From positions 249,242,001 to 249,306,000 of the forward strand of contig NC_086097.1 in the NCBI RefSeq assembly GCF_963921235.1: a DNA stretch of 64,000 bases. The letters are read 5' to 3'. Below are positions 13,071 through 24,545 of the stretch, piece after piece (within the stretch, counting starts at the first letter, position 1; every line of letters begins with the position of its first letter). The notes beneath the pieces were generated by a model. The model had not been told where the DNA came from. It searched no databases and was given only the letters and a program-made list of their open reading frames with translations. This stretch comes from Mobula hypostoma (lineage: Eukaryota). The translations under genes and the position numbers were made by a program.

Positions 13071-13862
13071 ATGTGCTGTATCTTGTATGAAGTAAGCGTT
13101 CACGGTCTATGACCATGATTGTTCTTGGCAAATTCTGTAAGTGGTTTGCCATTGCCTTCTTCTGGGCAGTGTCTTTACAAGACCGGTTACTCAGCAGGTG
13201 CTACACCTTGCCCAAGGGTGACCTGCCGGCTAGTGGAGGAAAGGAGCGCCTTACACCTTTGTAGGGACACATCTCCACCCTGCCACCCATGGTTTTCTGG
13301 TGCACTTATGGTGCAACTGTAACGAAAACCAATTTCCCCCGGGATCAATAAAGTATGGCTATGACTATGAACACCAGAATCAGAAACAGTTACTACCCGC
13401 AAACCGTCAAAGCTGATCAACAGCCCCAGCCACTAACCCACTCCACCACACACCCTAAATCAGCACTTTATCATATCCTGTCAGTCACCTTTTGTAAAGT
13501 ACTTCTGTACCTCATGTCACTTTATGTACAAGCTAATCTTACGTACTTACATTTGTGTTTTCGTGTTAAGCTGATGATGTTTTTATACATCAGATCTGAA
13601 GTAGCAATCATTTCATTCTTTTAGATTTATGCACTGATAAATGACAACAAGCAGTTTTGAATCTTAAACCAATTCCCCCGAGATCAATAAAGTATGACTA
13701 TGACTAAAAACAAGCCAGCCTTCCTGTTAACACAGGTCTATCTCCACAAAGAACATTATCAGTCAGACTTACCATTGTGTCATAGGCAGTCGCATTAACA
13801 GGTAAAAAGGTGGATGTGCATATTTAGAGTTTCTTTACTTATTACCCGCTACGGATCTAGTC

Positions 13863-14147
13863 CGCCTTTTGCCTTACAAGGCGCGAAACGAAAGACTGTG
13901 TGGCGTGCCACTCCTCACACAGACAGTAGGTGACCGTTGACTCACAAAGAGTTAATTTGACCTTTGACAGGTTTTGCTTTTAGTCCTGCTGGGTGCCTAC
14001 ACACCCTCCTCCCTGGTTAACCGAAGTGCACCGGTAAACCCGACCCGAGACAGGTAGTACTGGGCAGCAACAAGGCAGGCCCTGCTCCGACAGCCAACGC
14101 CAGTGCCGGCACCGGCCCCCTAGGCTTGAGTCGACATAGTAGTAGTA
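13863..14147 (+). mobile_element. Unclassified short retroposon with (TAG)n tail and 9-bp TSD
   Basis: GATCTAGTC at 13854-13862 and 14148-14156, TAGTAGTAG tail just before the second copy, and a CpG-rich body. Confidence 0.6.
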
Positions 14148-14266
14148 GATCTAGTCTGGGCATACCGACAGCAGGTAAAGGCAGGGACAGCTTGTGCTTG
14201 CGCCATCCAACCACGCTGTGAGTGGAACTCCCCTATTCAGTGCACATTCTGTACTCTTGCTAATAT

Positions 14267-14675
14267 GAACATAGAACATAGAATAGTACAGCACAGTACA
14301 GGCCCTTCGGCCCACAATGTTGTGCCAAACCTCAAACCCTGCCTCCCATATAAGCCCCCACCTTAAATTCCTCCATATACCTGTCTAGTAGTCGCTTCAA
14401 CTTCACTAGTGTATCTGCCTCCACCACTGACTCAGGCAGTGCATTCCACGCACCAACCACCCTCTGAGTAAAAAACCTTCCTCTAATATCCCCCTTGAAC
14501 TTCCCACCCCTTACCTTAAAGCCATGTCCTCTTGTATTGAGCAGTGGTGCCCTGGGGAAGAGGCGCTGGCTATCCACTCTATCTATTCCTCTTATTATCT
14601 TGTACACCTCTACCATGTCTCCTCTCATCCTCCTTCTCTCCAAAGAGTAAAGCCCTAGCTCCCTTAATCTCTGAT
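14267..14675 (-). mobile_element. CR1 3' end
   Basis: ORF 14332-14643 ([15 protein letters not shown]...FFTQRVVGAWNALP) followed by a (TTCTATG) tail. Confidence 0.9.
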
Positions 14676-15079
14676 TATGGCTTAACCTCCCTTACTCTCT
14701 GATATGGCTCAACATGAACCAGCAATGATTCCTCAGCTGAAAGGGGAAATCATGTTTTCTTGTTGAGTGACTTCATGGGTTCCAAGCTAGCATTACAAAC
14801 TCTAAGGGCTAGTCCTTCACCCTCCTAATTCCATATCACTGCGCCACCACCCTTCAGTCAAGCTACCCAATTTTGACATTTGTACCCAAATATTTTCTAG
14901 GACTAGGTAATAATTTTGCCATGGTCAAATGGTCAAATACAGTATCCAGGCTGGTCTTCGTTTTTATACTGAAGCTTGCAGGTTATTTTATTTCGAGATA
15001 AAGCACAGTAACAGGTCTTTCAAGCCCAACAATCCCATGCCACCCAATTACACCCATGTGACTGATTAACCTACTAACC

Positions 15080-15260
15080 GAAACAAAAGGAAATCTGCAG
15101 AGGCTGGAAATCCAGAGAAGCACACAGAAAATGCTGGAGGAACTCGGCCAGCCAGGCAGCATCAATGGAAAAGAATAAACAGTTGATGTTTCAGGCCAAG
15201 ACCCTTCATCAGGGCTGATGAAGTGTCTCGGCCCGAAATGTCAACTGCTGAGTTCCTCCA
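15080..15260. mobile_element. PLE pLTR-derived fold-back unit with two opposed hammerhead motifs, inside a SINE
   Basis: Minus-strand CTGATGAAGGGTCTTGGCCTGAAACATC (15181-15213) abuts plus-strand CTGATGAAGTGTCTCGGCCCGAAATGTC (15215-15246). Confidence 0.7.
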
Positions 15261-15709
15261 ACCTACCAACCCACCAACCCGTATGCTTTAGAACTGTGGG
15301 AGGATACTGGAGCACCCAGAGAAAACGCACGCAGTCACGGGGAAAATGTACAAGTTCCTTACTGACAGCGGTGGAACTTCTATACTTGTCTATGATATGA
15401 ATCAAACCACCAGTGCCTCAATTGAATTATACTAACGTTACAATTAAATACGTTGTCATTCCAAAGGCCATTTAAGAACCAGCCACACCAGAATCCCTGC
15501 AATACCCCGGAGAGGATAATAGGTTTCTTCTCCCGAAGCAAAGTGAATTTTTCTTTGAGCAATCATCTAGCAGTTTTGGAACTATTACCAGGGTTGTTAT
15601 TTAAACTTTAAGACCTCAATTTTTAAACTGAAAATGCAAAACGCATAAACTGAATTTAAATATGATTTGATTTTTATCTCTCTAGGTGTAGCTTTAGTCA
15701 TCATGCCAC

Positions 15710-16110
15710 ATCATAGGATATAGGAGCAAACTTAGGCCATTTGGCCCATCAAGTCTGCTACACTTTTTCATTATGGCTGATCCAATTTTGCTCTCAGCTC
15801 CAATCTCCTGCTTCCTCCCCGTATCCCTTCATGCCCTGACCAATCAAGAATCTATCAATCTCTGCCTTAAATATACAAAATTATATGGCTTCCACAGCTG
15901 CTTCTGGCAAAGAAACTTCTTTGAACCCTCTACAGTTTCTGCACATCCTTTCTAAAGGGCCTAAAAACTGCTCACAATACTCCAAGTGAGGCCTCACCAG
16001 TACTTTATAAAGTCTTAACATTATATCCTTGCTTTTATATTCTCATCCTCTTGAAATGACTGCTAACATTGCATTTGTCTTCCTCACCACAGACGCAACC
16101 TGCAAATTAA
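15710..16110 (-). mobile_element. Deleted CR1 3' fragment
   Basis: Similar to the reverse complement of the 48.2-48.9 kb CR1 end (GTGAGGCCTCACTTGGAGTATTGTGAG). Confidence 0.7.
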
Positions 16111-16387
16111 CCCAAGTCATTTAACCAATATACCCAAGTCATGTTGCTTCAGGTGATTCATGCGACATGTTCAACGTGAACAACAATCTCAATTTCCTTA
16201 ACCTCTTCTCTGCAATGTCTAATGTTCCCCGGTTTTATGTAAAAGCTAGCAATCCAAGATATTATTTCTCTCTCCATAGATGGGGGCTGACTCAGTATTT
16301 ACAGTACATTTTGTTTCTATCTTACACTTGCAGCATCGGCTGTACAGTACCTTGTTTTAGAGCCAAGTTGAGTGGAACGGATATACA

Positions 16388-16945
16388 GAGAGAGGCCCTC
16401 CGTTGACTGGAGTCGGCTGTTGATGCTGCATTGTAATTGTCTACGTGTCAATACGCAAGCGAGGCAGTACGATATGGAGAACAAGCTGTTGTCCAATGGA
16501 ACAGAAGAGACTGATACAGTTTGGCACTAGCCGCATCACAGTAGGAGCCAGTCAGTTTTGAACTCAACGTAAGACTGCCTTAAGAACTTCAGCTTTGCAT
16601 TTTTCCACTCAGGGTTTACTCCCGAAGTCTTCCCCATGAGTGGGTATAGCCACAGGGCAGTATTGGTTTGAGATCAGTCCTTCTTTCAGATGAGCGGCCA
16701 ACCACGACTGATGAATCCCATCTGCCTAAAGTATCTGGTTTTAAGGCACCAGCGACTCACCTTTTCCCCTTCTCCTGTTAATTGAAACATTTCCACCAGG
16801 CTTAGAAGCTGAGCCACATGTGAAGGTTAGGAGCTGGACTTAGCTGTCAGAGGCTATTTGAGACACACATTACTGGGAGCATTTAACTTGTCATGGGAGC
16901 TTACCCCACGGCCTCCCCACAACTGACTATCGCAACCTTAGGGAG
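16388..16945. mobile_element. Non-autonomous RTE-related interspersed repeat; shorter copy at 40222-40526
   Basis: Both copies share CCCCATGAGTGGGT.TAGC, TTGAGATCAG and CCCATCTGCC.AAAGT..CTGGTTTTAAGGC. The RTE assignment is from recall only. Confidence 0.55.
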
Positions 16946-17224
16946 TCATACAGTTTAGAAGAATTAAGGAGCATGCATCAGAAAGTACAAGTTTTTACGT
17001 GGATGCTACACAACAGTTGAAAAGTTGTACTTCACTCTTGGAAAATCAGGAACAAAGGAACAGTTGCAGAACAGAGGAATAAACACTTAGAAATCAAGAG
17101 GATGAGAACCTTCTTCACAAAGGATTTTTGAGATATGCAAATCATGTACTCCAAGGCCTATGGTTGCCTGGCTATTGGGGTACATGCCATTCTGAATACC
17201 AAAAAGAGTAAATCAAAATTAAAG

Positions 17225-18790
17225 ACAGTACAGCATGGAAGCAAGTCCTTCAGCTGAACTGATCCACATCAACCAAAATGCCCAACCCATTTGCTCATAA
17301 CCTTCTAAACTTCTGCAAGTTGTACCGGCCCAACTGTCTTTTAAATGTTGTTATTATACTCGTCTCAACTACTTCCTGTCTGTTCATTCCACAAAGATAC
17401 TACCCTTGTCTAAAAAAAAGTTCAAAATTTCTCTTAAATATTTCTCCACTCATCTTAAACATCTGCCCTCTAGTTCTTGATGTCCCAACTCCATGAAAAA
17501 GACCCACGACATTCAGCTATCTGTGCTCAGTTCTGGTCACCTCACTACAGGAGGGATGTGGAAACCATAGAAAGGGTGCAGAGGAGATTTACAAGGATGT
17601 TGCCTGGATTGGGGAGCATGCCTTATGAGAATAGGTTAAGTGAACTCAGCCTTTTTTCCTTGGAGCGACGGAGGATGAGAGGTGACCTGATAGAGGTGCA
17701 TAAGATGATGAGAGGCATTGATCGTGTGGATAGCCAGAGGCTTTTTCCCAGGGCTGGAATGGCTAGCACGAGAGGGTACAGTTTTAAGATGCTTGTAAGT
17801 AGGTACATAGGAGATGTCAGGGTAAGTTTTTTTTTAACGTAGAGCGGTGAGTGCGTGGAATGGGCTGCTGGCAACAGATACAATAGGATCTCCTGGACAG
17901 GTATATGGAGCTCAGAAAAATAGAGGGCTATGGGTAACTCTAGGTAATCTCTAAGGTAAGGACATGTTCGGCACAGCTTTGTGGGCCAAAGGGCCTGTAT
18001 TGTGCTGTAGGTTTTCTATGTTTCTATGCCCACTCATGATTTTCAAAATTTCTATAAAATCACCTCAGTCTCCTGCATTCTAAAGAATAAAGTCCTAGCC
18101 CATTTAGCCTTTCCCTGTTACTTAAGTCCCTCAAGTCTTGGCAGCATCCTTGTTAATCTCTTCTCCACTCTTTCCAGTTTAATAACATCTTTCCTAAAGC
18201 AGAGTGATCAAACCTGAACAAAAACGTACAAGTGCAGTCTCAACAAACAAATGACTTGTCTTTTTTTTTATATATACCAAGGTTGGCATGCCAAAAGCCT
18301 TCTTCACCACCCTGTGTGGGAGTTGTAGTAAAGCAAGGGTTGTATGTGGTGACATCCATTTACTCTGATAATAAATCTTACTTTGAACTTTGATAACCTT
18401 CTTCATTGGCCACTAAACCATCTACTTTAATGTCTGCAAACTTATCAATCACACCTTCTACATTCTTATTCTATTCAGTGATATAGATGACGAACAACAA
18501 TGGACCCAGCACTGATCCCCAAGGCATTGGCCCTCCAGTCCAAGAAACAACCTCTGCTTTCTACCATCAAGCCAATTAGCTAGCTCTCCCTGGATCCCAT
18601 GCAATCCAACCTTCTGGAGCAAATTTCTGAAACCTTATCAAAGGCCTTACTGAAGTCCAGATAAACCACATCAACCACCTTTCTAGGTTACCTCAAAAAA
18701 AAACTCCAAGTTCGTAAGATAATATTTCCCATGTACACAGTCATGCTGACTGCCCCGAATCAAGCCACCTTTCCAGATGTACGCATGTCT
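17225..18790. mobile_element. Plus-strand CR1 3' end (17520-18026) nested in an older minus-strand CR1
   Basis: ORF 17477-17842 ([30 protein letters not shown]) with a TTTCTATG tail. The flanks are reverse-complement CR1 RT sequence. Confidence 0.8.
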
Positions 18791-19047
18791 TATTCCTCAG
18801 AAACCTCCCCACACTGGGGCAATGATGTAGCAGTTACAGTGGCAGCAATTGCAATGCCGATCAGGATTCAATTCCCACTGTTTTCTGTAAGGAATTTGTA
18901 TGTTCTCCCTGTGACTACGTGGGATTTGTCTGAGTGCTCCGGTTTCCAACGAACGGGTGAGGGTTAATAAGGTGTGGATACTCTATGTAGATGCCAAAAG
19001 CATGGCAACACTTGTGGGCTGTGCCCAGCACATCAAACTCACAGGTT

Positions 19048-19408
19048 ATAGAACATAGAAATCTACAGCACATTACAGGCCCTTCGGCCCAAAATGTTGT
19101 GCCAACCTCGTAATCTACTCTGGAAACTGCCTAGAATTTCCCTACTGCATAGCCCTCTATCTTTCTAAGCTCCATGTACCTATCTAAGAGTCTCTTAAAA
19201 GACCCTATTATATCCGCCTCCTCCACCGTCGCCAGCAGTGCATTCCACGCACCACTACTCTGTGTGGAAAGACTTACCCCTGACTTCCCCTCTGTACCTA
19301 CTTCTAAGCACTTTAAAACTATGCTCCCTCATGTTAGTCATTTCAGCCCTGGGAAAAAAGCCTCTGGCTATCCACATCATCTTATACACCTCTATCAGGT
19401 CACCTCTC
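19048..19408 (-). mobile_element. CR1 3' end inserted in a tRNA-SINE
   Basis: Reverse complement of the 8000-8378 type CR1 end; SINE halves lie on both sides. Confidence 0.8.
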
Positions 19409-21823
19409 TGGCAACTGATGCAAAGATGCACTTCACTTATGTTTTAAACTACAATGTGACAAATAAAAGCTAATCTTCATCCTTCCCAGTAACTGACCTA
19501 TCACAGATGTTAGACTTTTTGTACTATAGCTCCCAAAACAGACCTAAAATGGACCAGCAGGCCCCAAGCAATAAATGATCTATTCCCAGTCCCAAGTGTC
19601 TTAAAACATGTCTAAAATATTACACCTTGATGAGACCTGCAAGAAGAAATTATTTTCAGTGGTGATACACAGTAAGAATCTTAAATGGCAAACAGTTAAA
19701 ACAATCCAAAAATGCAACGTCTATCCCCACCCTAACACCAACCAACCTCAATGTTGTTAAATAGTCAACAGTAAAGGTGAAACACCGTCAAAAGCAAAAA
19801 GAAAGTTAAGCTCAAATCATCCACAAACCAAAGTGCAGTGGAGCATGCCCCAAAAGCCCAGTAACCCATACTTCTACGTATAAACTGACAGGATATATAA
19901 CAACAGATTACAAAGCTACTTCAAAGAATCTTCCCCTACATGATAGAAGAGGCTATTGTTCTACAACAGTCCCCTTCAGCTGTTGCACTAGCAAACCTTC
20001 AAATATTTCTCATTGGCTTTCAAGACTATTCATCACTAGTCCATACAGAGACATATCTCAGCAGTATTTAGCTTCGCTAATGTTTGTCAACTGTATTTTG
20101 AAATTTCATATACACATTACTGTATAGTACTCTCATAAGTTATTATTAGAATATTATGCAGTAATGTGTATGGGATGTATACTATATGACAGCATGGTAA
20201 CATAGCTCGGTAACTCAATTACTGCAGCAGTGACCCAGATCTGAAAGGAGTTTGTATATTCTCCTTAACTGGTGACATGGGTGTAATTGGGTGGCTCTGG
20301 TTCGATGGGTCAGAAGGGTGTACTTTTGAAAAAAATACCACCACCCCCACCTTGTGCCCACTTCCCTTCCAGTTGTGATGAAGGGTTCTGGCCTGAAACA
20401 TCAACTGTTTACTCCCCTCCTTAGATGCTGCCTGACTTGCTGTGTTTTTCCAGCATTTTATGCGCGTTACTCAAGATTTCAAGTCTCTAGAACATAGAAC
20501 AGTAGACCACAGGCTCTTCAGTCCATTATATTGTGCTGATCCTTTAATGTGAGATCAATCTGACTCTTCCTTCCTCCCACAGCCCTCTATTTTTCTTTCA
20601 TCCATCTGCAGAACATGTTGTGTTTATTCTCGTAAGTATCCTCATAGTACTCCATTAGTCAAATGCAGGGAGTCCCCAACCTTTTTTGTGCCATTGGCCC
20701 TTACTATTAACTGAAGGGATGTGGACTCCAGGTCAAATGGAAAACATTGAATTTTCTATTTAATGTGTAAAGTATTTAATTTTCATTTACTAGCATGCTT
20801 TGCTGGATGCGATTTGTGCCTGATTATCATCTCAAAGTTTTCTAACCATCAACCTTGGGCAGACTGGCCAGGAATTACAAAAATATCTTTTTCCTTTTTA
20901 AAGTAAGTAACAGGGATATATTTTTGGATCAACAATTGAAAGTAAAGTAGCAAACATAAAATATCAAACTAGCTTAAACATCAGGTTTTTTTTAATGCAG
21001 ACTATGGATAAGAGGCTAAAGCATCCCAAATGCAGTTCATTCATATATTCAGAAGAGCAGGGTGAATTGCTGACTGTGGCTCGTATCTCAGTATTCAGAC
21101 TACATGTAGGGTTTGCGTCTCAAGCTCCCTGCCGCCTGATGAAACTTAATGCCTTCAGGAGACAAAGAGAGAAGGAATCTCAGCTTAAGGAATAATAAAT
21201 CTAAATTTTCTCATTTTACTCAGCATATAAATCATACTCTTTTTCTACTCCCACAGGAGATATAGCACAACTGACTTTGGGCAAAGCAGGATTTCTAGAG
21301 TAAGGATGATTTCCATTCAAGTACAACAGCTGTATTTGTGATGGCTGTACACTGACTCAGTGCAAATGTCACTTCTGCATTTTACAAACTCTTGATGCAA
21401 AATGTTAGAAGACAGAAATAGTCAAGCCAAGCCAAATATAAGCAGCACCTCAAAGTCTTCTGGTTTGACCTAACCATAACAAGTGACTGTCAAAGTATAC
21501 AAAACTTAAACTATTTCAGTTATAATCACTTCCACGTACCTGCGGCCTCCTCTACTTCACTGAACAACAACAAACCTGAGTTCAATAGTCAGGCAGCATC
21601 AATGGAAAGGAATAAACTGTCGCTGTTTAGGACAGATCTAAGTCATTAAAGTAAATTGTGGAAGTTAGGCCCAGAACTGATCATTGTGGAATTCTTTCCA
21701 CAGCAAAATGCCACTCTTCCTCCTGCCCTGAAGACACTCCATGCTGCTCAGTTCCCATCTATGAACCTCATGACCTGATTCATTAGATAACAAGCTTCCT
21801 TATTGTGGCTCCATTGAAAATCT

Positions 21824-21917
21824 AGATTCATTACATCTACAACATTACCACCATCTACTCCTTTCACAGATTCATTACATCTACAACATTACCACCATCT
21901 ACTCCTTTCACAGATTC
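21824..21917. repeat. Perfect 44-bp tandem duplication
   Basis: AGATTCATTACATCTACAACATTACCACCATCTACTCCTTTCAC twice, followed by AGATTC. Confidence 0.95.
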
Positions 21918-22332
21918 TTCAAAAATGCATTAACATCTGTCAGTCAAGAACATCTCTTTTGAAATCCATGCTAACTCTTCATTAGGAGCCTGGATGAAGA
22001 GTTTCGGTCTAAAACATTGACTGTTTATGATGCTGATGTGCTGAGTTTCTCCAACATTTGGTGTGTGTGTTATTCTGGATTTCCAGCATCTGCAGAATCT
22101 CTTGTGTTATTGTATACATCAGCTTATGAATGGAAGAACAGATTATTCAGTCAACACACAAAATACTGGAGGATCTCAGCAGGTAAGGCAGCATCTATGG
22201 AAAGGAACAGAGTTCACATTTCATAACGAGGCCCTTCATCAGGACTGATGCTGCCTCACTTTCTGAGCTCCTCCAGCATTTTATGTGCGTGTGTGTTTCT
22301 CTGGCTTCCCAGCATCTGCAGAATGTCTTAAC

Positions 22333-22720
22333 TCCAGCACAGATGATCCCAAGCCTGGCTGTGAAAGGAGGAGGGTTGGCCATGGGGCTAGCGCCCTAGC
22401 TCATAAAAACAGAGAGCTACAGAAATGGTAACGTTTAAGAGAAGTTTGCATAGGTACATGAATGGGAGGGGTTTGGAGGGCAATGGTCCGGGTGCCGGTC
22501 GATAGAATTAGGCAGATGAAATGGTTTGGCACGGACTAGATGTGCTGAAGGGCCTGTTTCTGTTTCCTGCTTATCTGACTCCATGACCTCATCCCTGGGA
22601 GAAGAAATATCTAAGATGGGCTACACCCCGGGACAACTTGAAAGCCTGGCTCAGGGCAGACAACAGTCGAGCTGCTATCAGCAGCCTATGCCCCACTAGG
22701 AGTGATGGGCTAAGCAAGCA
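22333..22720 (+). mobile_element. RTE-derived non-autonomous element split by a CR1 tail
   Basis: 5'-UTR-like GGAGGAGGGTTGGCCATGGGGCTAGC..ATAAAAAC and a 3'-like RAAISSLCPTRSDG segment, with a CR1 tail at ~22432-22585 between them. Confidence 0.5.
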
Positions 22721-23859
22721 GAAACTCGTGTTTAAGATTACTCAGTTAACTGTTCAGCTTTTACGACCACCCCTTTCCACGTGTACTGCAACATTAAACA
22801 AAAGCAACTACAAAGAAGGTTGAGCACATTCCCCATTCATGATTAAAATGGAAGAGTCTTAATTAACCAGATGCTCGTGACATTGGTGGCTAGAATTTTT
22901 TTTAGGAAGAACTATTAAATCTCTTTAGCTTATTCTGTACCACCACCACCCGCCAATCTTTTAATTAATTGCCATATTTACCTCCGTAAACTTTAAAATA
23001 CTCTAAAAATAATTCCACAGCTGTGAAATGTTTTGGGATACACCAAACTGAAATGCATTATGCAAATTCATTCTTTAAGGTTGATTTAATCATTTAAACC
23101 AATGATTAAGACAAAGCAACACAGGAACACATGGATGTGCAGACAGATTTGCATGCGTGAATAGTTAAATAGAAAACAGTAGTAATTCAAATATTGTACC
23201 ATACGTTTTGAATATCAAAAAAGTTATAATGTTGCCAATACCAGACAATTCAATTAACACTAACAGCAACAGCAAACGTTTTAGGGGTAAAACTGAAATT
23301 ACTATGTTAACAAGAGATCAAGTTTTACCTAAAACTTTCTGCAACACAGTACAAACCAGAGATGAAAACAAAAGGGGTGTGGCTACTGGTTGGAGAGAAA
23401 GAGCAACCTTTTAAACAGAGCGATGCAAACAAAGCCTTTTCTATTTTAATGACTTTTGGCATGTGCATCCAAGATAATCTGTAATATTTATATAACAACC
23501 CTGATGTAATGAAATCTCCAAGACACTTCAAGGACATTTTCATATAAAATTGAACACAAAGCCACACAAGCAAATGCTTAGGCAGATGACATAATACTCA
23601 AAAAGGTAGTTTTACTATTAAGTGTCTGATGATGGGGAAAGACACAAGGTTGAGAAGAAAGAAAGGAAGACTTTGACTATTTATTCCTCTCCACAGATAC
23701 AAACACAAGAGGTCCTGCAGATGCTGGAAAACCAAAGGAGCAACAGAAAATGATGCATGAACTCAGCTGGTTGGAAATAAAGAGTCGATGTTTTGTGCTG
23801 AGCTCCTTCATCAGGATCTCTCCAGTGATGCTGCCTGATCTGCTGAGTCCCTCCAGTAT

Positions 23860-23897
23860 TGTGTGTGTGTGTGTGTGTGTGTGTGTGAGTGTGTGAG
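23860..23897. repeat. (GT)n microsatellite at the end of a pLTR-derived unit
   Basis: About 14 pure TG units followed by interrupted units. Confidence 0.95.
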
Positions 23898-24154
23898 TTA
23901 CTGAGGAAAGAAGACTTACCAAATCAAAGCTTGCCCAAGGATGGCGGAAAGATCAGAACTAAGGATGTCCTCAAGGCCAAGCTGGGAGCACATTACATGT
24001 GGCCATGCGTGGAGAATACATGAAGCCAGAGTACGAGAATGAAAACAAAGATGAGACTTCATCGGGAGCAAATCCAACACCATGGACACCAGGGTTACTG
24101 TTTACTTGCATTTGATGCAAGTTATAGCAAACAGCAGAGTTCCCAGTAAGACTG

Positions 24155-24545
24155 CATGCAAGTACAAGAGATGGGATGTTATGCTGACGTTGTACAAGAT
24201 GTTGATGAGGCCTAATTTGGAGTATTGTGTGCCGTTTCGGTCACCTACCTACAGGAAAGATGTAAATAAGATTGAAAGTGTACAGTGAAATTTACAAGGA
24301 TGCTACCCTAAGTTACACGGAAAGATTGAAAAGGTTAGGACTTGGGCAGAGCAGACTTGATGGGCCAATTGGCCTGATTTTGCTCCACTATCTTATGGCC
24401 TTTCAATGTTTAAGAGAAGTTTGGATAGGTACATGGATGGTAGAGGTATTAATGGCTATGATCCCAGTGCAGATAGATGGAAATAGGCAGTTTAAATGGT
24501 TCGGCACAGACTAGATGGGCTGAAGGGCCTGATTCTGCACTGTCT
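24155..24545 (+). mobile_element. Fragmented CR1 3' region
   Basis: Encodes YKMLMRPNLEYCVPFRSPTYRKD and is followed by a CR1 3'UTR. Confidence 0.8.

Noticed and set aside
13780..14260. Telomerase RNA, 7SK or RNase P candidate
   Set aside because: No template CTAACCCT or other hallmark motifs; the TSD and tail point to a retroposon.
21824..21917. CRISPR-like array
   Set aside because: Two adjacent units with no spacer, in eukaryotic DNA.
23921..23982. Minus-strand exon candidate (LGLEDILSSDLSAILGQALI, GTAAGT donor)
   Set aside because: The open reading is phase 0, which does not join the phase-1 first exon directly; no homology recognised.
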